Shown one piece after another: positions 17,290-25,725 of a stretch of DNA of 64,000 nt. The stretch spans positions 1,931-65,930 of the forward strand of contig JAFUNM010000046.1 in the NCBI GenBank assembly GCA_017482195.1. The letters are read 5' to 3'. The stretch comes from Clostridia bacterium. Its GTDB lineage: Bacteria; Bacillota; Clostridia; Oscillospirales; QAKW01. The notes below the pieces were generated by a model. The model saw only the letters and a program-made list of their open reading frames with translations, did not search any database and had not been told where the DNA came from. Both the position numbers and the translations under genes were made by a program. Numbering within the stretch: position 1 is the stretch's first letter; every line of letters starts with the position of its first letter.

Positions 17290-17600
17290 TCATTTTATTC
17301 CTCCTCATCGAGGGGATCTGCGGTACCGGTCAGAAGCAATACCGATGCCAATTTCGCCCCTTTAGTGCACGTATTCCTCAACCATAATTCGAGTTGAATC
17401 AACGCGCTTTACCAAATGATACCAAATTAATTACGAAGAAGTTGTCGGTTTCTGTCTGAGAACAAAATTTTTTCGGGGCACACAATTTTGTTTTCTTCGG
17501 GAGCGGAACAACCGATCGGGGCAGACCTTCTATGTCGAGCACCATTTGTGCTCATTATACACGATCCGTGTACAACTGTCAAGACGGATTTGAAAAATCC

Positions 17601-17629
17601 TTGACGAAAGTGCACTATGTGTGTATAAT
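17601..17629 (+). promoter_or_regulatory. sigma-A type promoter of the XRE/S24 repressor gene
   Basis: TTGACG is at 17601-17606, followed by a 17-nt spacer and TATAAT at 17624-17629. Palindrome TACACG-atc-CGTGTA lies upstream at 17548-17562. Confidence 0.6.
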
Positions 17630-17653
17630 CTAAGTAAGAATGGAGGTGTTCTT

Positions 17654-18283
17654 ATGAGTTTGTTTTCCGAACGGCTGCGTACTCTGCGGGCGGAGCGAGG
17701 AATTTCCCAGGCATCTTTAGCTGAGCAGTTGAGAATTTCCAAAAGCAGCGTGAATATGTATGAGCGAGGGGAGCGGGAACCGGGTTTTGAAACGGTTAAC
17801 GCCCTGGCGGATCATTTTGGGGTCGATACGGATTACCTTTTAGGAAAATCGTACCATCGCACCAAGGAGGAGTGGCTGAAGAATGCCGACCGTCCTTCCT
17901 GCACCCTGCCCATCCTGGGCGAGATCGCCTGCGGTCAGCCGATATTTGCCAATGAAGAAGCCGGCGAATATATAGAAGCGGATGCCCGCCTGGAGGCAGA
18001 CTTTTGCCTGCGGGCCAAAGGGGACAGTATGGTAGGTGCCCGTATTCTGGACGGTGATCTGGTATTCATCCGCAAGCAGGACACGGTGGCCAACGGCGAG
18101 ATCGCCGCGGTGCTCATTGAGGATACCGCCACCCTCAAACGGGTCTATTATTACCCCAATGAGGGAACATTATCGCTTCATGCGGAAAATCCTCTTTACC
18201 CGCCTCTTGTTTATAATAAGGAAGAATTAAACCGCATCCGTATTTTAGGCAAGGCGGTTTCTTTCCAGAGTACCGTTAAATAG
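17654..18283 (+). CDS. LexA/CI-like repressor: XRE HTH fused to S24 self-cleaving peptidase
   Basis: The N-terminal HTH_XRE domain is LRTLRAERGISQASLAEQLRISKSSVNMYERGEREP. The S24 part has a candidate cleavage site IACGQP, Ser in KGDSM and Lys in ATLKRV. ATG 17654 follows GGAGG. Confidence 0.85.
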   Translation: MSLFSERLRTLRAERGISQASLAEQLRISKSSVNMYERGEREPGFETVNALADHFGVDTDYLLGKSYHRTKEEWLKNADRPSCTLPILGEIACGQPIFANEEAGEYIEADARLEADFCLRAKGDSMVGARILDGDLVFIRKQDTVANGEIAAVLIEDTATLKRVYYYPNEGTLSLHAENPLYPPLVYNKEELNRIRILGKAVSFQSTVK

Positions 18284-18290
18284 ATTTTAG

Positions 18291-18319
18291 TTGACAAGTT
18301 TCTTATTTAATGATACTAT
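18291..18319 (+). promoter_or_regulatory. sigma-A type promoter (extended -10) for the L-box leader
   Basis: TTGACA is at 18291-18296, followed by a 17-nt spacer and TGATACTAT (18311-18319). Confidence 0.6.
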
Positions 18320-18330
18320 TCTCTTGTTAA

Positions 18331-18535
18331 ACCGATGGAGGCGCGGCATTCATCAGTAACCGAACCGATTTTGGGTTTTAGGTTCGGCGAAAGGGACTGC
18401 TGCCGAAGCGGTTGCTCTTCACCCAAGAAGGGCTTCTGCTGGGCCGCCGCAGAAGATGCGTCGGACTGTCATGCATTGCATGGAGTGCTATCGAACCTTT
18501 GTTTTGATAATCGCACCCATCGGTGCGATTTTTTA
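18331..18535 (+). promoter_or_regulatory. lysine riboswitch (L-box) with terminator expression platform
   Basis: Conserved L-box blocks occur in order: GGAGGCGC, AGTA, GAAAGGG, GCCGAAG, CTGG, GGACTGTCA, TGGAGTGCTATCG. Terminator AATCGCACC-catc-GGTGCGATT plus a T-run follows at 18509-18535. Confidence 0.85.
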
Positions 18536-18550
18536 ATAGGAGGAACTTAT

Positions 18551-20134
18551 ATGAACATGAAAAAAGTTTTACCCAAGCTGCTGATCGTGCTGTTTGTGGT
18601 TGCCTTTGGTTTCCTTTGTGCATTCACCGGTGACATCACAGCGCCCAATGCGACCCTCTGGTCGCTCTATCCCCCGGTGATCGCCATCGGTCTGGCCCTC
18701 ATCACGAAAGAAGTTTATTCCTCATTGTTTGTGGGTATTCTGGCAGGCGGTCTGCTCTACACGCAGTTCACCCCCATCAAAACGGTGGATGCTCTTATCA
18801 ATGAAGGCCTGATTCCCGCTGTATCCGGCACGGCCGGCATCTTCATCTTTCTGGTACTGCTAGGTGTGATCGTAGCACTCCTCAATAAGGCAGGGGGGTC
18901 CAAGGCCTTCGGCGAATGGGCTGCGAAGCATGTAAAATCCAAGGTAGGAGCATCTCTTGCCACCTTCGCCTTCGGTGTGCTGATCTTTATTGATGACTAT
19001 TTTAACTGTCTGACGGTCGGTGCAGTTATGCGGCCGGTGACCGATCAGGCAAAAATATCCCGCTCTAAGTTGGCCTATTTGATCGACGCCACTGCAGCCC
19101 CGGTCAGCATGATCGCACCTATCTCTTCCTGGGCAGCCGCTGTGGCTTCCTATGCCGGCGAAGGTCAGGGAGGCATTGCCCTCTTCTGCCAGGCCATCCC
19201 CTATAACCTGTATTCTCTGATGACCTTTGTATTTATCATCGCCATCACCCTGATGAAATTCGATTACGGCCCCATGAGACTCCATGAGATGAACGCCGAG
19301 AAGGGCGATCTCTTCACCGGCGGTGAGATCGCTGCCAACGATGAGGATGAGCCCAGTACCGGCAAGGCAAAGGTCATTGACCTGATCCTGCCCATCCTGG
19401 CACTGATCGGCATCTGCGTTTACGCGCTCTACTATGTGGGTAAGACCGAAGCCGGCATGAACTTCATCGACGCGTTCTCCAACACCGATGCGACCGTCGG
19501 TCTGCCTTGGGGCGGCTTGATCGCTTTGGTAGCAGTAATGATCTATTTCATCGCCCGCCGACTTCTTACCTTTAAGGAAGCCATGGAATGCGTGCCCAAG
19601 GGCTTTATCGCTATGGTACCCGCCATTTTGATCCTGACCATGGCGACCTCTTTGAAGAACATGACCGGTCTTTTGGGTTCCGATGTATTTGTAGACAATG
19701 CATTATCCAATGCAGGCATGCTCAACCACTTCCTGCCCGCCATCATCTTCCTTTGCGCCTGCGGCATTTCCTTTGCCACCGGCACCTCTTGGGGTACCTT
19801 CGGAATCCTGATTCCCATTGTACTGACTGCCTTCGGTGTTGAAACCGAGATGGGCATTATCTGTATGTCCGCATGTCTGGCCGGCTCTGTCTGCGGAGAC
19901 CATTGCTCCCCCATTTCCGACACCACCATCATGTCCTCTGCCGGCGCACGCTGCGACCATATTAACCATGTATCCACCCAGCTGCCTTACGCCATGACCG
20001 TGGCCGGAATTTCTCTGGCCGGTTATCTCTTGGCCGGCTTTGTGCAGAATGTTTACATTGTATTAGCATTCTCCGCGGTACTGACCGTAGGCACTCTGTT
20101 TGTGATCAAAATGCTGAACAAAAAGAAAGTATAA
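18551..20134 (+). CDS. NhaC-family Na+/H+ antiporter-type transporter (probable lysine transporter, LysW-like)
   Basis: This is a polytopic NhaC-family protein. ATG 18551 follows AGGAGG. The ORF-track 72-codon N-terminal extension is the translated riboswitch. Confidence 0.85.
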   Translation: MNMKKVLPKLLIVLFVVAFGFLCAFTGDITAPNATLWSLYPPVIAIGLALITKEVYSSLFVGILAGGLLYTQFTPIKTVDALINEGLIPAVSGTAGIFIFLVLLGVIVALLNKAGGSKAFGEWAAKHVKSKVGASLATFAFGVLIFIDDYFNCLTVGAVMRPVTDQAKISRSKLAYLIDATAAPVSMIAPISSWAAAVASYAGEGQGGIALFCQAIPYNLYSLMTFVFIIAITLMKFDYGPMRLHEMNAEKGDLFTGGEIAANDEDEPSTGKAKVIDLILPILALIGICVYALYYVGKTEAGMNFIDAFSNTDATVGLPWGGLIALVAVMIYFIARRLLTFKEAMECVPKGFIAMVPAILILTMATSLKNMTGLLGSDVFVDNALSNAGMLNHFLPAIIFLCACGISFATGTSWGTFGILIPIVLTAFGVETEMGIICMSACLAGSVCGDHCSPISDTTIMSSAGARCDHINHVSTQLPYAMTVAGISLAGYLLAGFVQNVYIVLAFSAVLTVGTLFVIKMLNKKKV

Positions 20135-20145
20135 AAGTACATGAG

Positions 20146-20180
20146 AAAACCGCCCCTCAAAAGAGGGGCGGTTTTTATTT
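20146..20180. terminator. bidirectional intrinsic terminator
   Basis: The hairpin is AAAACCGCCCCTC-aaaa-GAGGGGCGGTTTT. It lies between convergent genes. Confidence 0.8.
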
Positions 20181-20183
20181 TGA

Positions 20184-20717
20184 TTAATAGTTCTCTTTTC
20201 TTACCTCGAAGTAGCTCTTGGGATGTGCGCAAACAGGGCAAACCTCGGGAGCCTTCTTGCCCATGACCAAGTGACCGCAGTTGCGGCATTCCCACATGGT
20301 CTCCTCGGCCTTCTCAAAGACCTTCTGCATCTCTACATTGCTGAGCAGAGCACGGTAACGCTCCTCATGAGCCTTCTCGATGGCGGCAACGGCGCGGAAT
20401 TGATAAGCCAACTTGGTAAAACCTTCTTCCTCCGCTTCCTTTGCAAAGGTGTCATACATATCGGTCCACTCATAATTCTCGCCCTCGGCAGCTGCCAGCA
20501 GGTTGGCAGCGGTATCCCCCAGCTCGCCCAGAGCCTTGAACCACATTTTGGCATGCTCCTTCTCATTATCAGCAGTCTTCTGGAAGATCGCAGCGATCTG
20601 CTCATAGCCTTCCTTCTTGGCCACCGATGCGAAATAGGTGTACTTGTTGCGCGCCTGACTTTCGCCGGCAAATGCAGTCATCAGATTTTGTTCAGTTTTG
20701 CTTCCTTTGAGTTCCAT
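20184..20717 (-). CDS. rbr: rubrerythrin
   Basis: The N-terminal ferritin-like diiron domain ([23 protein letters not shown]) is present. The C-terminal rubredoxin-like motifs are CRNCG...CPVC. Confidence 0.92.
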   Translation of the reverse strand: MELKGSKTEQNLMTAFAGESQARNKYTYFASVAKKEGYEQIAAIFQKTADNEKEHAKMWFKALGELGDTAANLLAAAEGENYEWTDMYDTFAKEAEEEGFTKLAYQFRAVAAIEKAHEERYRALLSNVEMQKVFEKAEETMWECRNCGHLVMGKKAPEVCPVCAHPKSYFEVRKENY

Positions 20718-20747
20718 AGTTGTTTTCTCCTTTTTATAAGTAATAAA

Positions 20748-21107
20748 TTATTCAGCACAGTTCGAACACAGGTAATGGAGAGTCACTTCATAATCTGAGA
20801 TCGGGAATCCCACTCGCCGCTCCATTTCCTCTTTTAACCCTTCCGAGGGGTGGTCGATGATCTTACCGCAATTCGCGCAAAGCAGATGAACATGGGGATT
20901 CTGGGTCTTATCGTAATGATCCTTATGATCAAAAAAGACGATCTTCTTGATCTCGCCCTGCTCTGCCAGCCAGATCAGGCTGTTATAGACCGTTGCCAGC
21001 ACGATACCGGGCATCTCAGCTTTCGCCTTCCGGTAGATCTGATCTGCCGTAAGATGCTCCTTGGATTCCCGAATGATCTTTAGAACCAAGGCACGTTGTT
21101 TCGTCAT
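20748..21107 (-). CDS. Fur-family regulator, PerR-like
   Basis: This 119-aa Fur-family protein has a winged helix (LKIIRESKEHLTADQIYRK). HHLxC and two CxxC pairs (CANCGK, CSNCAE) are present. It lies upstream of rubrerythrin. Confidence 0.8.
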   Translation of the reverse strand: MTKQRALVLKIIRESKEHLTADQIYRKAKAEMPGIVLATVYNSLIWLAEQGEIKKIVFFDHKDHYDKTQNPHVHLLCANCGKIIDHPSEGLKEEMERRVGFPISDYEVTLHYLCSNCAE

Positions 21108-21121
21108 AGGCCGCCTCCTTT

Positions 21122-21190
21122 TTAGAATTATTCTATCATCATTATAACAAATGCAAAAAATTTGTCAATAGATTTTTAGAAAAATTCTAA
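21122..21190. promoter_or_regulatory. two Fur/Per-box-like palindromes upstream of the PerR-like gene
   Basis: TTAGAAT-t-ATTCTAT spans 21122-21136. TTAGAA-aaa-TTCTAA spans 21176-21190. Confidence 0.5.
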
Positions 21191-21228
21191 AAAATATTTC
21201 AGCCGCCTTTCCCAGGCGGCTGAACGGC

Positions 21229-23079
21229 TTATTTTTCCAGTAGCTTCCAGATGTTGTTGGCATACTCTACGGGATTTTCCAAAGGCAGACCTTCGATCAG
21301 CAAAGCCTGATCCAGCAGAACATTTGCTAAAAGGTTTAAACGTTCTTCATCGGCAGACTCTAATTGAGCAAACAGCACATGGTTGGGATTGATCTCCAGA
21401 ACCTTTTCAGCCTTGGCCATTTCTCCGTCGGGGCCGGCAGAGAGTACCTTCTCCATCTCAATGGAGATAGCACCGCGGGTGGAAAGGCAGGCGGGGTGGC
21501 TGACCAGCCGGGAGGAGGTTTTTACATCGGCCACCTTGCCGACCAGGGCATCCTTCAGTTTGCCCATCAGCTCCGGATATTTTTCCTCGATCTCGGTGTC
21601 GTTTTCGATACCGAGGTCTGCATCGGTAATATTTTTGAATTCCTTTTCGCCGTAAGTGCCCAGCATCTTAACGGCGAACTCATCCACATCCTCGGTGAAA
21701 TACAGCAGCTCATAGCCCTTGGCCAGCACGCCCTCAGCGGCGGGCATCAGGCGGATCTTTTCCTTGGTTTCACCGGTGCCGTAGTAAATATATTTCTGCT
21801 CCTCAGGCATCCGCTCCAGATATTCCTTGAGAGTGGTATAATCCTCCTCTTTAGAGGAGCGGAACATTATAAGATCCTGCAATACATCCTTATGCATGCC
21901 CCAATCGCTGTATAACCCGTATTTCAGGGTACGGCCAAAGGCATCAAAGAATTTGGCATAAGCGGCCCGATCCTTGCTGCATAGAGCGGCGAGCTCCTTC
22001 TGGATGGTCTTGGTAAGGTTTTTGGAGATGGCTTTAAGTTGGTGATCCTGCTGCAGCATTTCCCGGGAAATATTCAAAGAAAGATCAGCGGAATCCACCA
22101 AACCCTGGACAAACCCAAAGTAATCGGGCAAGAGGTCAGCGCATTTTTCCATGATCATAACGCCGTTGGAATAGAGCGCCAGACCTTTTTTGAATTCCTT
22201 GGTATAGAAATCATAGGGTGCCGTGCCGGGCAGAAACAACAACGCGGTATAGGTGAGATTACCCTCTACGCTGGTATGGATGGTCTTGACCGGTTCATCA
22301 AAGCCGTAGCGTTGGGCATGGTAAAAACCTTTATAATCCTCCTCGGTCAGCTCCTTTTTGGATTTCTTCCATAAGGGAATCCGACTGTTGAGGGTCTCGG
22401 TTTCAGTGTACTGCTCGTATTCGTCGCTATCCTCTTTCTTGCGGGACTTGGTCAGTTCCATTACAATGGGGTATTTGATGAAATCGGAATATTTTTTAAC
22501 CAGATCCGTCAGGCGGTACTGCTCTAAGAACTCATCATAATTCTCCGTTTCGGTATTCTCTTTAATATGAAGAACGATTTCCGTACCGGTGGATGCCTTT
22601 TCGGCTTCCGTCACCGTATAACCGTCGCTGCCCTTGGAGACCCAGTTCCAGGCGGTGTCCTCCCCTTCCTTTTTAGAGGTGACAGCCACCTCATCGGCAA
22701 CCATAAAGGCAGAATAGAAACCAACACCGAACTGGCCGATGATATCCACGCCGTCTTTTTCCTCCGATTCGGCTTTGAATCTAAAGGAGCCGCTTTCGGC
22801 GATGGTACCCAAATTCTTTTCCAGATCCTCTTTATTCATACCGATACCGTTGTCGGTAATGGTGAGCGTACGCTTGACCTTATCCACATCCAGACGGATC
22901 TGATACCGTTCCCGATCGGGGGTCTTGCCGGCCAAAAGGGCGTTATAATAGCTCTTATCTGAGGCATCGGAAGCGTTTGAGATCAGTTCTCTTAAAAAGA
23001 TCTCTTTTTGAGTATAGATGGAATTGATCATCAGATCCAAGAGGCGCTTGGATTCTGCTTTGAATTGCTTTTTTGCCAC
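21229..23079 (-). CDS. htpG: molecular chaperone HtpG (Hsp90)
   Basis: The HATPase N-domain ELISNASDA...DNGIGM...GQFGVGFYS is present in a full-length Hsp90 architecture. GTG 23079 (VAKKQFKAE) is the preferred start, because the ORF-track GTG 23109 lies inside the CIRCE element. Confidence 0.9.
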   Translation of the reverse strand: MAKKQFKAESKRLLDLMINSIYTQKEIFLRELISNASDASDKSYYNALLAGKTPDRERYQIRLDVDKVKRTLTITDNGIGMNKEDLEKNLGTIAESGSFRFKAESEEKDGVDIIGQFGVGFYSAFMVADEVAVTSKKEGEDTAWNWVSKGSDGYTVTEAEKASTGTEIVLHIKENTETENYDEFLEQYRLTDLVKKYSDFIKYPIVMELTKSRKKEDSDEYEQYTETETLNSRIPLWKKSKKELTEEDYKGFYHAQRYGFDEPVKTIHTSVEGNLTYTALLFLPGTAPYDFYTKEFKKGLALYSNGVMIMEKCADLLPDYFGFVQGLVDSADLSLNISREMLQQDHQLKAISKNLTKTIQKELAALCSKDRAAYAKFFDAFGRTLKYGLYSDWGMHKDVLQDLIMFRSSKEEDYTTLKEYLERMPEEQKYIYYGTGETKEKIRLMPAAEGVLAKGYELLYFTEDVDEFAVKMLGTYGEKEFKNITDADLGIENDTEIEEKYPELMGKLKDALVGKVADVKTSSRLVSHPACLSTRGAISIEMEKVLSAGPDGEMAKAEKVLEINPNHVLFAQLESADEERLNLLANVLLDQALLIEGLPLENPVEYANNIWKLLEK

Positions 23080-23102
23080 AATAAAACCTTCTTTTTTGTT
23101 TT

Positions 23103-23129
23103 TTAGCACTCATCATTCGAGAGTGCTAA
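23103..23129. promoter_or_regulatory. CIRCE element (HrcA operator)
   Basis: TTAGCACTC-atcattcga-GAGTGCTAA is an exact match to consensus TTAGCACTC-N9-GAGTGCTAA. Confidence 0.9.
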
Positions 23130-23132
23130 TTT

Positions 23133-23161
23133 AGTTTAACTCTTTTCCCATGATTTGTCAA
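23133..23161 (-). promoter_or_regulatory. sigma-A type promoter of htpG
   Basis: On the minus strand, TTGACA (23156-23161), a 17-nt spacer and TAAACT (23133-23138) lie immediately upstream of CIRCE. Confidence 0.6.
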
Positions 23162-23260
23162 CCCTAAAAGAATTAACGAATTGTAAATTCACGGCAGTTA
23201 CATTGAAAAAGAGAAAAAAATATGATAAGATGAGTATATCTTCATAATGGAGGCGTTTTC

Positions 23261-24262
23261 ATGTCCTATGAGACCCTAGCGCCCTTCGGCTCTCTGCCGC
23301 CGGAGCGCAATCCCTATTATAAAAATGAACAACGAAACAATCTGGCCCGCATTGGCTTTGCGCTGATCGCCTATCTGATATTGACCTCCTGTGTGCAAGC
23401 AGCGTTGACGGTGGTAAGCGAATGGCTCTTTCCCACCTTTGCCCAAACCGAGGCTTTCAACTGGATCCTGCTGATCGTTCCTTCCTACGGCATCGGCTTC
23501 CCTTTTTTCTTCCTCTTTTTAGCAAGGATGCCCCAAAAAAGACCGGAGAGCAAAAAACTGAGCAAAGAAGGCTGGCTGGCCTTTTTAGGAGTTGCTTTTT
23601 TCTTAATGCTGGCCGGTAACATGATTTCTATTGTACTGATGGAATTCTTTGAAAGCCTGAGAGGTTCCGAGATCTCCAATGCGGTAAAAAATTACATGGA
23701 TCGTTATTCCCCGCTGATATCTTTTGTCACCATGGTATTGATCGCTCCTATCATAGAAGAGCTGATGTTTCGCAAGTTGATGATAGATCGTCTGCTCCCC
23801 TACAGTGAAACGCTGGCAGTGGTGACCGGCAGTCTTTTCTTTGGCCTGATCCACGGCAACTTCTATCAGTTCTTTTATTCCACCATGCTGGGACTGCTTT
23901 TTAGTTATGTATATATAAAAACCGGAAAGCTCCGTTATACCGTCATTATGCATATGATCATCAACTTTACCGGCACCACCATTGCTTCCTTTCTGGCAGA
24001 GGTCACCTCGGAGGAGGCGGCAATGGCCACCTCGATCAATCCATGGGTGGGCGTCGCCGGAATCTATTCCATGGCCACCTATATCCTAGCCGGCTGCGGC
24101 CTTATCTTTCTGATCCGCAAGCGCAAAGCTCTCACCCTTTCCGGCATCGGCGAGCGATACCTGACCATCGGTACTCAGTTTAAATTGGCTTGGATCAACG
24201 CAGGAACGATCGTATTCTGCATCCTTTGCCTTTTGACATTCATTATGAGTTTATTTATATAA
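23261..24262 (+). CDS. CPBP family intramembrane glutamic endopeptidase (CAAX protease-like)
   Basis: Motifs APIIEELMFRKL, FGLIHGN and HMIINF occur in a polytopic membrane protein. Confidence 0.8.
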   Translation: MSYETLAPFGSLPPERNPYYKNEQRNNLARIGFALIAYLILTSCVQAALTVVSEWLFPTFAQTEAFNWILLIVPSYGIGFPFFFLFLARMPQKRPESKKLSKEGWLAFLGVAFFLMLAGNMISIVLMEFFESLRGSEISNAVKNYMDRYSPLISFVTMVLIAPIIEELMFRKLMIDRLLPYSETLAVVTGSLFFGLIHGNFYQFFYSTMLGLLFSYVYIKTGKLRYTVIMHMIINFTGTTIASFLAEVTSEEAAMATSINPWVGVAGIYSMATYILAGCGLIFLIRKRKALTLSGIGERYLTIGTQFKLAWINAGTIVFCILCLLTFIMSLFI

Positions 24263-24274
24263 GGAGATAAAACA

Positions 24275-24745
24275 ATGATCGAGATTAAAATCAAAGACAG
24301 CGGAACCATCAAATTAGAATTGTATCCCGACAAGGCCCCAAAAACGGTAGCCAATTTTGAAAAGCTGGTCAAGGAAGGCTTTTATGACGGGCTGACCTTC
24401 CATCGGGTCATCAGCGGCTTTATGATCCAGGGCGGCGACCCCTTGGGCAACGGAATGGGCGGCAGCGACAAAAACATCCCCGGCGAATTTGCCGCCAACG
24501 GCTTCAACAACCCCATCCGCCACGAACGAGGCGTGATCTCTATGGCGCGGGCTCAGGATCCCAATTCCGCCAGCAGTCAGTTCTTCATTATGCATGCCGA
24601 CGGCTTTTTCTTAGACGGCAACTATGCCGCCTTCGGTAAGGTCGTTGAGGGCATTGAGGAAGTAGACAAGATTGCAGCGGTTCAAACCAATATGATGGAT
24701 ATGCCTGTGGAAAAACAGGTGATCGAATATATTAAAATCGTTTAA
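24275..24745 (+). CDS. ppiB: peptidyl-prolyl cis-trans isomerase, cyclophilin type
   Basis: FHRVISGFMIQGGDP and SMARAQDPNSASSQFFI are present in a 156-aa protein. Confidence 0.92.
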   Translation: MIEIKIKDSGTIKLELYPDKAPKTVANFEKLVKEGFYDGLTFHRVISGFMIQGGDPLGNGMGGSDKNIPGEFAANGFNNPIRHERGVISMARAQDPNSASSQFFIMHADGFFLDGNYAAFGKVVEGIEEVDKIAAVQTNMMDMPVEKQVIEYIKIV

Positions 24746-24750
24746 AAAGC

Positions 24751-24786
24751 AAGGGAAGAAAACCAAATTGGTTTTCTTCCCTTTTT
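24751..24786. terminator. bidirectional intrinsic terminator
   Basis: Hairpin AAGGGAAGAAAACC-aaatt-GGTTTTCTTCCCTT is followed by TTTTC. Confidence 0.8.
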
Positions 24787-24787
24787 C

Positions 24788-24997
24788 TTATTTCAGCGGT
24801 CTGGGATGATCGATCAAACCAAGGATATAGTCTGCCGATACATTATATAATTTACAAAGCGCAATAAGCTTTTCACCGGTGATATCCGATTTTTGGTTTT
24901 CAAGATTGCTGTATTGGGCTTGCGTGATATTCAATAAAGCAGCCAGTTCTTTTTGCTGCCGATCCTGATCTTCTCTTAAATCTCTTATTCTGTACAT
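24788..24997 (-). CDS. small XRE-family HTH regulator (cassette 2)
   Basis: The 69-aa protein is MYRIRDLREDQDRQQKELAALLNITQAQYSNLENQKSDI...NVSADYILG. ATG 24997 follows GAGGTGA. Confidence 0.85.
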   Translation of the reverse strand: MYRIRDLREDQDRQQKELAALLNITQAQYSNLENQKSDITGEKLIALCKLYNVSADYILGLIDHPRPLK

Positions 24998-25023
24998 TCT
25001 TCTCACCTCAAAAATATTTTACT

Positions 25024-25070
25024 ATATAAATTTAATTTATCTTGACAAATATAAATTTAATTTATATAAT
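25024..25070 (+). promoter_or_regulatory. sigma-A type promoter bracketed by a 17-nt direct repeat
   Basis: ATATAAATTTAATTTAT occurs at 25024-25040 and again at 25049-25065. TTGACA is at 25042-25047, followed by a 17-nt spacer and TATAAT at 25065-25070. Confidence 0.6.
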
Positions 25071-25099
25071 AGTGTTATCTATTCCTGAAGGAGATCAAT

Positions 25100-25186
25100 A
25101 TGAAAGCACAAAAAATCAGTGTCAGCCTATCATTTGATCCGGATATTTTACAGCAGGCAAAAGAACACGCCGCGAAAGAAGCATAA
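25100..25186 (+). pseudogene. truncated ribbon-helix-helix partner ORF (28 codons) of cassette 2
   Basis: MKAQKISVSLSFDPDILQQAKEHAAKEA-stop matches the first 27 residues of the 47-aa paralog at 25523-25666, then ends. A GGAG RBS is present. Confidence 0.5.
25124..25181 (+). repeat. 58-nt direct repeat, copy A
   Basis: AGCCTATCATTTGATCCGGATATTTTaCAGCAGGCAAAAGAACACGCCGCgAAAGAAG differs at 2 positions from copy B at 25547-25604. Confidence 0.9.
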
Positions 25187-25199
25187 ACTGGTAGTTTAA

Positions 25200-25412
25200 T
25201 TATTTTAATCGTTTTGGTTCATTCACTAAACCAAGAATATAATCTGCAGACACTTGAAAATGCTTTGCCAAAAGAACGATTTTTTGACCGTCCAGATCTG
25301 CTTTTCCCAACTCGATTTTACTGTAGTGCTGTTGGGTCGTTTTCATGATCTCTGCCATGTCCTTTTGCCGAAGGTCGTGATCCTCACGAATATCTTTGAT
25401 CCGATAATTCAT
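25200..25412 (-). CDS. small XRE-family HTH regulator (cassette 3)
   Basis: The 70-aa protein is MNYRIKDIREDHDLRQKDMAEIMKTTQQHYSKIELGKADL...QVSADYILG. ATG 25412 follows AAAGGAGGAA. Confidence 0.85.
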   Translation of the reverse strand: MNYRIKDIREDHDLRQKDMAEIMKTTQQHYSKIELGKADLDGQKIVLLAKHFQVSADYILGLVNEPKRLK

Positions 25413-25443
25413 ATATATTCCTCCTTTATGTAATGAGTATATC

Positions 25444-25490
25444 ATACATCTAAAAAGTGTATTGACAAATACATCTATCAGGTGTATCAT
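25444..25490 (+). promoter_or_regulatory. sigma-A type promoter flanked by a 9-nt direct repeat
   Basis: ATACATCTA occurs at 25444-25452 and at 25469-25477. TTGACA is at 25462-25467, followed by a 17-nt spacer and TATCAT at 25485-25490. Confidence 0.5.
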
Positions 25491-25522
25491 TAGACTATGT
25501 TAATATGAATAAGGAGGACTTT

Positions 25523-25666
25523 ATGAAAGAGCGAAAGGTCAGCATCAGCCTATCATTTGATCCGGATATTTTGCAGCAGGCAAAAGAACACGCCGCAAAA
25601 GAAGAACGAACCCTTTCCCGCTATGTCAATTGGGTGTTGCGGCAGCATTTTCGCAAAAAAGAATAG
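25523..25666 (+). CDS. small ribbon-helix-helix-like partner protein of cassette 3
   Basis: The 47-aa protein is MKERKVSISLSFDPDILQQAKEHAAKEERTLSRYVNWVLRQHFRKKE, with a beta-strand then two helices. An AAGGAGG RBS is present. The ORF is too short for the ORF track. Confidence 0.65.
   Translation: MKERKVSISLSFDPDILQQAKEHAAKEERTLSRYVNWVLRQHFRKKE
25547..25604 (+). repeat. 58-nt direct repeat, copy B
   Basis: See copy A at 25124-25181. The two copies flank the cassette-3 XRE gene and promoter. Confidence 0.9.
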
Positions 25667-25692
25667 ACCGGTGCGGTAGCACCGGTTTTTTT
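25667..25692 (+). terminator. intrinsic terminator
   Basis: Hairpin ACCGGTGC-ggta-GCACCGGT is followed by a T-run. Confidence 0.8.
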
Positions 25693-25725
25693 ATTTCCGC
25701 ATACCATAAAACAGAGGTGATCACG

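Noticed and set aside
17290-17653. Spo0A boxes, a sigma-H promoter and a Cheo-type SOS box in the 364-bp spo0A / XRE-S24 divergent region
   Set aside because: Only loose matches were found: AGGAAT...GAAAT with wrong spacing, TGTCGAG, and GAACAAAATTTT lacking the GTTC half. These are too weak to call without a position-weight-matrix scan.
17654-18283. A prophage or mobile element implied by the CI-like repressor and the many XRE genes
   Set aside because: No integrase, recombinase, terminase, capsid, tail, replication or transposase genes were found. No att-like flanking repeats were recognised. The neighbours are core genes.
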